Assembly (NCBI GenBank): GCA_051362555.1 | Contig: CM120648.1 | Span: forward strand, 16,550,587-16,614,586 | Length of the DNA: 64,000 bases | Origin: Lingula anatina | Taxonomy: Eukaryota; Animalia; Brachiopoda | Reading direction: 5' to 3' | Shown here: one piece after another, positions 53,196 through 64,000 of the stretch | How the letters are laid out: the number at the start of each line of letters is the position of its first letter | Numbering within the stretch: position 1 is the stretch's first letter | Made by a program: the position numbers and the translations under genes | The notes under the pieces: model-generated | Told to the model about the DNA's origin: nothing | Databases searched by the model: none | The model's input: only the letters and a program-made list of their open reading frames with translations

Positions 53196-56085
53196 GTAAG
53201 TCACATAGTCAATACTGTGCTGGATTAGATTACTATGGAGATGGTTACCATGACTACCAGGGATTACTTTTTTAGCCTGGGTAACCATGGTTACGAGGTA
53301 AACAACGCCACTGAGTTTGACACGAGCAAGGATTATTACTGTATCTAACAAAAATAGCACCTTTACCGCCAGTTTTGGTGTCTATGTAACTAGCGGATTA
53401 TTTTAGTGGATTATTATTAGAGCCTCAATATGGATTTACGTATTATTGTAGCCTTTCTTTCGTCTGGGGTCTTCCTGTCACTACTGTTTGGAATATTATC
53501 ACTACATCTATTTCCAAAGTCAGACAGAGTCAGACAATAACATTTAAAAAAAAATTAACTTCTGTTCTGCTAAACTCTCAGCACTACCACTGCAACTAAA
53601 TTCATTTTCAGACTTAACTTTTTCTAGAAACAGCACCACTGGGATTAACATTAACTTAAAACCACCATTTCTGGAATATACTTTGTTTTTATTTTATTTT
53701 CACTGCCAAATTGACAGGATTTAGATAAAAAACAATGATGAGAACTTTGGGATTTATGTTGTGTGACTCTAAAGAGCTTGGAAACTTAGAATTTAACTGT
53801 ATCTCCAACCACGTTAGCTCTGCGCAGTTTCAGCACGCATTTTGTATCCCACATGCACCACGAGACTGCACGGAGCTATACCTACCAGATCGTACATACG
53901 TATGTGCGTGCAAACCACCCTTTGTCGTGTAGTGAATGTGTTGTCGTTTATTTAAAGTTCACATGTGGATTAAGCACCCAGCTGGCTTTATAGAGCCCCA
54001 CAGTAAAATAAACCAGTCGTCCCGTTTGGATTTACGCGGTATATTTGAGAGACGCAACTTCCCTGACGTTGCACAAACGGTGATCCAGCAAAGCCAAGAC
54101 ATACACACCACCACCACACTAAACACTACTGTGCTTTGCAAACCAGCTCAGCACTACCTTTTGGATTTATGCATTGCTTCTAGGTAGAACCCTTGTTGCT
54201 ATGGATACATGTAACTGTGGATACGTGTTACTATAGTAACAGGTTAGCAGCCTTTTAAGTTGGATGTTTGATTGACTTGATGTGGATATTTTAGTGTGTA
54301 AAGCGGTCGTTTGGATTATGTCTGTTTTCTCGTGTATTACTGATCACTTCTCAGTGAGAAGTTGGATTTTTACCCCGTTGAGATTGGATTATTATAGCAG
54401 CCTAGTTGCCCCGGGGATTACCATGGCAACTGCTCAGAAGATGGATGTATATTACCAGAGTAGGAAGAGATGGCGAAGTGCCCTGGTTTATGTATAACAT
54501 TGTATGCATAACTCAGTTCCTGCCTTCAAGACCCTTGCTGAAGGAAAATTAGAAGAAGACCCGAGTGGATTATATATATGGATAAACACACAGAGCAGAA
54601 ATGATTCACTGTGCCCAGATGCAAAGATGTAGATAATTCTGCATCGTGTATATGGTGATTTTAGCTGCCCATATTTCCCCCCCAAGCCACAGCCAAATTT
54701 GACAGTTCTTGGATGTACTAATTACCAAACTGGATTACCTTAAGAATAACTGGACGAGTACCTCGCGTGGAATAGATATCTATGCCATTGATCAACCAGG
54801 GTGTGATTTGTAGCAGTTTATTATTAATACATCTTGAGGAGGATATTAGCAGAGAAACTGGGTACCTTGTGGAGTAGCAGAGAGACGGATTCCTGGTAAA
54901 AAATATGGGATTAGAACTTGCTTCTGAGTGTATGGTTTACCTAAAGAGGTGACCTATTCTGACTAGCTTAACTGGAATATATACCAACCACAACTAAGCC
55001 AGGCAAGGGAAGGCAACGGGAGAAGAAACGCTGAACACACTGTTGGATATTATTTTAGCTTTATATCTCATGGATTATTTACACCAGGAAATTAGCAGAG
55101 AAGAAGTGGCTGAAATGGATTTATTACCATGCATTAAAAGGAGTTAAAATAGATATTAGTATTTATTGTGTAAATAAAGTTAAGAAAGAATAATATAAGG
55201 TATTTTGCTGTAATGGATTTATTGCCTGCTTAAGAAGTAAGGTTGCTGGATTATTAATGTAAAGATACTAGTACAGTGGTAATAGCAAAGAACAAGGCAG
55301 AGATATGGAGGGAAAGGGTTAGGGAGGAGGGGAGGGGAGGGAGCAAACACATTGCTTTATTAGTTTTTACAGCTAGAACGTAGTCAGCTGTAGTTGCCTG
55401 TGGCAACATTGTTAAAGCCTACTGGAACCATTGGGCCATTGGGGTGCTTAGAATCAAATGTCTCAAATAACAGAAAAAGAGCCTTGCAAGGGACCAAAAA
55501 TACAACTTTTTCCAAACATGGCTTTAGTTTGTCAGCATTTGGCTTGAGCCCAACCCTACTACCAGTACAGACGTTTGCCGACCCAAACCTTGACCTAACC
55601 CCACTTTCAGACATGGATTACTTAAAGCTGAGACGGATTATGAAGGATTACAAATTAATATTACTAGGCACTGGATTACTGACATGTAACCATGGTAACG
55701 GAGCCAGGATTATTATTTTACCTAACGAACCCTGGACCTGTAGACTCTCTCAGGACTACAGGACTATAACCGGCAGCAGAGACGAAGCCACCGAGTAAAG
55801 TATGGCGTCCCTGGGGCAAAATATGGATTATAATGACAAAGCCAATAGCCTCGTCATGGATATATGGTCCGTTATTGGATTGGATTGTTATAAGGTCCGT
55901 GTAGCGGAACACTGTGGATTATATACTATATAAAACTGGTATTTTAGCTCTGTTGCGTATCCACTGATTGATGCTTTGAGACTGATAATGGGATTTATGG
56001 AGGTTTCTTCATATCAGAAAATGGAGATTTTAATAGATATTTGGTGAACATTGTGTAACTGGTACCATGAGTAATGGATTTTAAG
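53196..56085 (+). promoter_or_regulatory. GGATT(A)-dense, strand-biased segment at the 5' end of spen intron 2 (putative RNA regulatory region)
   Basis: About 35 GGATT counted by eye on the sense strand, with almost no AATCC; not a tandem repeat. Confidence 0.55.
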
Positions 56086-58899
56086 ATTTCCCTAGAGAAA
56101 GCTAAGGTTGTAGGCAAATGCATCCCTGAAGTGGCAATTAAGTGCATTTATCAAAATCTACACTACATGTTGTGTACATGTTTATTTATGCTAAATATAT
56201 CTGCTTTCTCTTTCAAACTTTTTTAGTGTGCATATAAATTCTCTCAAGTCTGGTTCATTTCCTGTATATGTGTGAGAGGTGCAGAAGTTGGGGTTTCTAT
56301 TCATATTTTAGACAGAGACATTCATATCAGTATATCTCATGGAGGATTCTCCATTAATAGTCTGATGTTAAGAAGAGGCAATTGTTCTTATGGTTGAGTG
56401 AAACTTTCGCTTCAAGTATTCCCATATACCTTAAAGCAAAACACAAGAGCAGGTTTCATTTTGTCTGAGGTCAGCTTAAGGAAGGGGTGGGCTTATTAGA
56501 AATTAAAATTTTCACTCAAGAATTCGAAAGAGGTAGTATATTCAGCTGTGGGGATCATGTACCAATTATCTTTATTATTTGAAAATTTTCTTGTTTTGTG
56601 ATTAAGGAGGGTGGGGGGGGGGGGGGTTAAGAGGTTTAGATGCAGTCCAGGTGTTCTCAACGTAAAGACATAGCCATTTGCCTGTGTACAGAGAGATATA
56701 TGCCATTTACTTGATTCTGAAGAGGATAACTACAACCTATTATTAGCACAAATGTAAATATTACTCCCCTTAGCGATAATCCCCAAAGCGTGCAGTGCCT
56801 AGCTTTCAGATCTCGAGCGTAGGTTGATAGCTGTAATGAATAGATTAAAAGTTGCTGCGCATTGTAACAGGCATTTTCATTGGCTCTTTGCAGTAGACTG
56901 ATCCTAGGCAGCCAATTGAATTTATTGTGTCATCACTTTAGGCTATTTTGGTGATATACCTTGACCTTACAAATTTTAGACTTTGGTCTCTAAATTAAAA
57001 TGTGTCTCAAAATATTTCACATTGTATCAGTTTTAAGGTCATGGGATTTTTGTAGTTATAAGATATTTTTGTTATGTGTATCATATGGAAATTATTGTCA
57101 GTTGCAGGATAGGTCTGTGTTAAAATGATAGGGAAGTCTGGTATGTAATAATATATCAGAACATTTGCCCAGTAACAGTCCAGTCATTTGTAGCACTTCA
57201 CCGTTTCAATTTTGGAAGGCCATCTTTTAGTTTTTTTTTTATCTTTTCAACATATGGTATGGTACCAAGTCTCTCAGTGAGAAGATGAATTTGGACTCTC
57301 TATTTCAAAATCCTGGCTAAACACATGTTATATTTGGAAAAAAAAGTATTTTGTTAATATGGACCAAAAGATGTGGTAGAGAGATTAAATTATTTTAATT
57401 ATATTATATTTATACCAAGGATGTCATACCACAAGTGAAAAACGCTTTGCTATGTCTCTTATAAACTGGGATGGTAGCTTCCTGAAATGAGTTCAAGATG
57501 TCGAGGGATAATTTACCAGAGTCATACTGTTATTTTAATTTATTTATTTATTTATCGGTTTTCTACAACATTAACCATTAGTGAAAGTTCTTATGAATAT
57601 AAGGCTTTTATTTTTTGGAGACCAAGTCTTTTGTGATACCTAAATCACATTGAGATTATCTGTGGGAAGATTCTCCAAATATGAAACAAGCACCATATTA
57701 TACAACAGCCATATTAAACAGGAACAGTATGGGACTTATTGTTATGATAATTGAGTGACCACATCAGTCCAGGAAAATAATACTAAATTTGTGAGTTAAA
57801 TGTAGAATATTTGGAAAGGAGAGCATAATTATGAAATTATATTAAAGAAACAAATCAGCACCAGAACTTGAGGAAGTTATTTGGAAACCCCGAGAAAGTG
57901 GGCTTTTAATATGTAAACAATATATAGGCAGATTCAAAGGAAAAACCAAAGGCACCGAGTTGATGAATCAGTCTGCAATCATGTGAAGTTGGTATTTGGT
58001 TTTTGCTCCCAGTATAAAATTGATTGGTATTCAAGTAAGTTAGTGCTGAGAGAAGTAGTACAAAGAGTCAAGGCCCTTATTTGGCAGTTTTGTGGTAAAG
58101 GGAAGAGGAGAGTGTTATTAAGCACATTGTAGGATTATGATGAAAATTAAATGAATTCTCCAGACGTTGTGGTCGTTTGAAGGTTGGGGAATGGCTGGTG
58201 TAATGTAATGATTCTGCGAATTTTTATCCTGAGTGGTTACATCTAGGGAAAAAGAAGATGTTGAGGCCACAAACAAGAGAAAATTATCCATTTTTCCTGT
58301 TGATAAATTTGACAAAAAAAGTTTTAGTTACTGGTTTTCGGTTGCGTCACAGTAACCAATAATTTTTAACAGGTAATTTCTGTGTCATATATGTTGGTTC
58401 GAATCCACTTTTTATTTAAGAGTTGGGAGGGGTAGAGATGAGACACCATGCAAAATGTTGCCACATTCTAATTGCTGATTTCTGTGCTTTGCTTCTGCAC
58501 TTCTAAAAACACAAAAATATTGCAGTGTGCTTATATTTATTTTTCTCTTCTTAGGTTACTAGAATTGGAAAAAAGTATTGATGAAAATATTGAATTATTT
58601 GCTCAAACAGGTGCTATTTATGGCAAAACATTGAATTCAGATATCATGGTGGTCATGTTTATATTTATGAACAGGCAGCAGCTATTTGAACTGAACTGAT
58701 CAGAAGGTGAGAAAGTCAACATATGGGTCCATCTTTAGTGCCATTTTTATTTTTTGATATTAATTTTACTACTTCAATGATGTTTTGTTGATTTGTAACC
58801 ATTTATAGATGTACACACTTTGATGATATTATTGTATTTTACAAGATGTTTATATAGAGGAAAATGTATATTTTTGAGAAAGATATTTTTATAGATTTC

Positions 58900-59580
58900 A
58901 TATACAAGTGTATGGGATTGTTTGATATAAAATATACTGTTGTTTACTACATCTGCAGTCTGCTGTTTATTTTTTGGAATTCATCCACTGGGAATCTTCC
59001 CAAATTCCCTGAGTGCCATGGAGACCATCTCAAAAAGTATTATGTTAACGCCATATTTGACAGATCAGCATATAGAACGGTAAAGTGCATACAGTATCAT
59101 ACAATTGAAATATTGAGACCAATTACACTAATACACTTGGAAAAATTATTTTAGAAATTTGAGTAGAGTCACAGCACAAGCACTAATACTAATACTAAAA
59201 TTGCTTGAAAACTTTTGAAAATCATTTTAGAAAAATGCAAAGATGTTTACAGCACAAAAAAGACGATAATCTGGTGGAGGTGGGTGGTCAGTAAGCCTCA
59301 TTCTGGGGTTGACTAGCAATTTTTTTGCTAAGACAAAGTCAATACTTTATCATCACTTATTTTCCAAATGATTAAATTTGACTAAAACAAGTCAGATCCA
59401 CCCTATTGTGTTGAACAAATTTAACTCAATTTTAGCATTTCAAATACAAATGTATGGGATCCTTCAGTCTAAAATATACCTGTCTTTTACAACATCTGCA
59501 GTTTATATTTTGAAATTCCTCTGCTGGGAATCTTTTGGGATTTCCTGAGCGCAATAGAGGTCATCTCAAAAAGTATGAGA
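58900..59580. repeat. Diverged local duplication (~100-140 bp block repeated ~540 bp apart)
   Basis: acatctgcagt...ctgggaatctt...cctgag-gc-at-gag--catctcaaaaagtat at ~58950-59040 and ~59490-59576. Confidence 0.65.
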
Positions 59581-62477
59581 ATAGTGATTGACCCAACTTC
59601 ACTGTCAAGATACCAGAGTTGCTAAAGGAGTTGGGTGGTGCTATCTGGTGATGACAGCTTGGGAATTCGTACCAGCTGTGAGAGAGCATAACCCACCTTA
59701 TGCTGTAGTGATTATCAGTTTATTTTCAGCTTCTCTTGATGTACGAACAAAACAAGTATTCAGGCACGGTCAGCTCCAGTCATCTCCTCCAATTCAGTAG
59801 CAGCTAGCTAACATAAACTGATTTCTTGTATAACTGAGCTATTTTAAACAACAATTTTTTTGCCAATAACCATTGTTTATTCACTACTATATTGGTGCAC
59901 CTTGTGATAAATGATCATTCCTGTGTTTATTTATTTGAAGAATTCCACCAAGAATGGTAGTATTTCAAGCTCTTTACAGTTTTCAGTGTACATATTGGGT
60001 CACAAAAGCTTTCTCTTATGTACACAACCCAAAGCTTTGTATTTCTCTTTTTAGATATTTTCAAAGGCTGACAAATTACCAGAACCCATTACATTTTTAT
60101 GTTAAAAAATATCCTGGAAATGTGCAAAAAAACATGCATGCTTCGTAGGGAGAGCAAAAATAAAGGAAAGCTTGATCTTCAAACAATAACTTTCAAGTAA
60201 AACCTGTTTCTACATCTCTGTTTTCTCTGCGTCAAAGAACTCCCCCTTTCTCCAGTTTCGCCTTTCTCCATTTTTCTCTCCATGCAGTGTGTCTAAAAGC
60301 AGTCTTCACCCAGCAAAACAGAGCAGGCAATATGGCTACACAGCCACTGTATTGAAGGTGATGAGGCCTCATTTGAATAAAACCCAGACATGGCTCCCAG
60401 ACATGAACACCTTATCTCTACCCAGTGCCTGCATGATAATAACACTGATACTAGTATACAGGCTGGGTGTATGGAGAGACCAGTTGGAGTTAGGAAGTTG
60501 GACTAATATGCCTTGGGGATTTTAGTTGTGGCTGAGGATGCATGTGTGTCATTGCCGAGGACAAGGCGGAAGCAGAATTTATTTGGTTGTTGTTTTTGTT
60601 TGTGAGGTTTTAATAAATAAAAGTTGTAAGTTGTGAGGAAAGGATCTGTTTAGGTTGGTTGGGTGTATAATGAATGAGTTTCTGAATATTCTTCAGTATT
60701 TTTCTGTGTTTGTGTGTCTGTGTGTATTAACCAATATTTCTGTATTCAACCCCAAAGGTCTCCTCATATTATTTGAAAAAGACGTACAAGTTTCGTGACT
60801 GGCTCTCACAAAATTATCTGCAATATAAAATAAAGGTACTTGATGAAGCACACATAACAATTACGTGTCATTGAACACTTTGATACAGGTGGTGTATTTG
60901 ATTTGGTTTGGTTTATGTTTGAATTCTGGCTCAGAAAATGAAACAATGCTATTCTGTCATCAAGTGTTTTGATCTTTTTGGCAATTGCTGTTATATTTTT
61001 CTTCCGAGACATGCTTTTGAAATAAAAGTCTGATGTATTAGGAACAGCCGATTTACTAGACATTGTCTGGTCACAGATGTGTCATCTGTAGAGAGAACAG
61101 GACTTTCTTTCTTTCTAACTACTTGTTGAAAATATCATGCAATACAGGTATTACGAGATAATCATGCAATACAAGTATTATGAATAATTAAGAAACATTC
61201 CATCAGCATTATGTAATCATGGCATTTGTAAGAGCAGTTTTCATTGGTTGACAGCCAGTTGGCCAGACATCTTGAACAAAGGTGTGTTATCAATATAGAC
61301 CTTTTTATATAGGGCATCGCAAAACTCTAATTGTCATGCGATATGAATTTGAATAGAATAAAAATCATGCGTGTAAAATTATATGTATGAAAGAGAGGTC
61401 TTTTTTACAGTATGACCCTCAACTCTTGTAAAGATGACGCCCACAGCACTAAAGAGGAGTAAGTAACCGTAGTGAATGTTGGATAAAATGATATCGATGG
61501 TGTAACTCTGTTAATAAATATTCTACATATTAAATGGGATCATGCAGTTTATGTCTGCCATACCAGGAATATTTAATCAGTGACGGGTTGTTTGCTTGTG
61601 GACTTGATGGCAGACGTATTGCGATTTGTTCCTGGGGTTGATTATCGATTTTGTGAACATATTGCGTTACAGTTTGGCTGTTGTACTTTGTTACTCTTGC
61701 TCAGGGGAAAATCTCCTTATTCAGCTTGGTTTCTGGGACCTCAAAAGAAAAATGAGACATTCTTGCGGTGGTTTTGATTTTCCAAGGCTTTTCTTTTTGA
61801 CTTCTGAGAAGATTTTGCGACGTGAACGTATAGAATTTAATTCTAAGGTTAGCTAATTATTTCCAAGGTCAGAAAATTTATTCAAAGGTCATATTATTTA
61901 TTCAAAAGCCACATACTGATATTTGCAAGAAGGGAAAGCAGACAACCTCTTCTTCTCCTTTTTAACTGAGAATGATATAATCCATGATTTTTCTCCTTCT
62001 TTCTCTTTTTCTCTCTCTCTCTCTCTCTCAAAAAAAAAGTCTACAAAAGACACAAGAGGCACCTACAAAAATAAACCTTACATGGTATTGGCATTTGAGA
62101 AGCCTTGCTATGCTATTTTGAGATTAAAAATGGGTCTCTTTGTCTCAAAGCACCACTTGTCTGGATGTGATGTGTGTTCTTTATGAGGGAGAGAAGAAAG
62201 AGGACCCAGGTTTAAAATCTGGATCAGCAACGTGTGTGCACCTCATGACTGTACTTGTGGTTAAAAACAGGGTGCTTCGGTCTGCTCGCTTTCCTCTTGT
62301 GTGGTGGCTGTTTTTGGAAGGAGCCGCAGCGACAGTAGGTTTGGGGCAGGTTGTTATCCCACGAGGTTTGTGGGGTGCTTTGGGGTTGTGGCCTTGGGTG
62401 CAAGAAATAGGAGGGAGAAAACAAGGTTTTCATAAAAATCCTTAAAAACTGTTACAAAGTCAATTAAAAACAAGTAT

Positions 62478-62700
62478 TTTTATATACAGACACAGATGTG
62501 TCTGTACATATTGCCATCACCTGCGTCTGTCGTCGCTGATGCCGTCGCCGATGCCGGCGCCGTGCACTTTCATTGTAAACACGATAAGTGGAAGGCAGTT
62601 TTACTTTTTGGCTTTATTTATAATACACAGCTTCATCTGCATTTGAAAATTGATAAAGTAAAATTTTAAACATGAAGTAATTTACTAGTATGTGAAAATT
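62478..62700. mobile_element. Possible Helentron/HINE-like element end
   Basis: T-run followed by hairpin TACAGACACA-G-ATGTGTCTGTA and a (gtc/gcc)n microsatellite-like tract. Confidence 0.3.
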
Positions 62701-62899
62701 ACGAGATTAAAGGAAGATTTTTAAAAAACTATTTCTTCCTCCCCTTTGTTTGTTAGTCTGTTTCTTTCTTTCTTTCTTTCTTTCTTTCTTAATGTTGTGC
62801 AAATACCCTTCAAATACCTTGACATTTTTCACTCTCAGTGGCGTAAATGACCCATTCACATAACCCAGATATATTTATTGTGGGTCAAACGTTCCTTAA

Positions 62900-63237
62900 A
62901 TTTTGAAGACTAATATTTCAAAATAATCTGTCAGATATCAGCAGACTCACATTTCAAAATAAATTATTCAATATTAGCAGACTAAAAATTCTAAATTATT
63001 TATCCGATATTAGCAGACTAATATTTTATAATAATATATCCGATATTAGGAGACTAAAACTTCAAAATAATATATCCAATATCAGCAGACTAATATTTCA
63101 AAATGATCTGTCGGATATTAGCAGACTAATATTTCATAATAATATATCCGATATTAGGAGACTAAAACTTCAAAATAATATATCTAATATCAGCAGACTA
63201 ATATTTCAAAATGATCTGTCGGATATTAGCAGACTAA
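62900..63237. repeat. ~35-bp minisatellite (ccgatattagcagactaatatttcaaaataatatat)
   Basis: About 10 degenerate tandem units with a three-unit higher-order pattern. Confidence 0.85.
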
Positions 63238-64000
63238 GGTTTACACAGAAGAACTAAGAGTCTTTGTATAGGGACACAGGTGTTGCAAATATTTATGAGC
63301 ACCATCAGCTGCTCCATATGGCGCTAATAAAGGAAAGCAAGCCCGTCTCTAGCACTCCCCTGGTGGAAGATGATGAATATATCTTAGGGCAATGATTTAT
63401 GGAAGTTTTGGCAAAAATGGCATCCTTTTTTTTTCTGAAGGGTATTTTGGTATGTCTATTCAGTACTAAAACAACGCTCCTTGATTAAATACAAATCTCT
63501 AAATATAATAAATAATGGAGCTGAATGCAAATATATTAAGGTATTCTAAGTTCAGAAGATCACATTGAGAAACATTTATTAGGGGAATATAAAAAAAAAC
63601 CCTGGACAGTTTGATTAAAATTAAAGATAAATAGATAAAAAATATAAGAAATACTAAAAGAGAAAAAAAGATGGTGATGGTTATTTAGGGCGGAATTTAT
63701 GATAAGGGTCGAATAAAATAACTGTTATTCTGTTAACTGCATTCAGTTCAGTTGGTGAAGTCTCTATTTTCAGAATGAAAATATAACTAGTGTGTGGTTG
63801 GAGAAACGATAAGTTAAATGAAAATACCTGTGCAACTTCTACAAAAATATTGGTTGGGCTTTTATTTAGTTGATGTGCATTGGAATTTTAGATGGTTCCA
63901 TTATGCTAAACATTTGCGTGTTGAAATCAGTAATATGGTTTCTGCCTAACACATGTGATTCTGCTCCTTGAAATGCTATGTCATCGCAGACCTGGCCCTA

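Noticed and set aside
55394-55798. 134-aa ORF in spen intron 2 as a possible exon
   Set aside because: Non-ATG start, no recognisable domain, no convincing splice sites; its DY/GL/RI content reflects the GGATTA motifs
53220-56085. GGATT field or the 35-bp array at 62.9 kb as a CRISPR-like array
   Set aside because: Eukaryotic intron, no constant-length repeat-spacer structure and no cas genes

Overview
Eukaryotic (invertebrate animal, probably mollusc/lophotrochozoan-like) AT-rich genomic DNA with spliced genes; all exon models below were built by hand from GT-AG sites and reading-frame continuity. Gene order: a two-exon class A GPCR (+) with a coding 18-bp tandem repeat in its third intracellular loop; D2HGDH (+, 7 exons); two tandem flavin reductase/BLVRB-like paralogs (-, 4 coding exons each); cytidine deaminase (-, 4 exons); an Atu3266/EF_0837-type metal-dependent amidohydrolase (-, 5 exons) head-to-head with the first two coding exons of split ends/SPEN (+). 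Intergenic and intronic DNA holds many non-autonomous DNA transposons (Harbinger/Tourist-like, TTAA Kolobok-like including a nested pair, CCC..GGG EnSpm-like, CAG-ended elements with 5-6 bp TSDs) and a 4.7-kb polypurine satellite. The most unusual signal is the first ~2.9 kb of spen intron 2. It carries about 35 sense-strand GGATT(A) motifs and a cluster of 14-bp X-box-like palindromes, directly after an in-frame stop at the splice donor. This suggests an RNA-level autoregulatory module that would yield an RRM1-only short Spen isoform.
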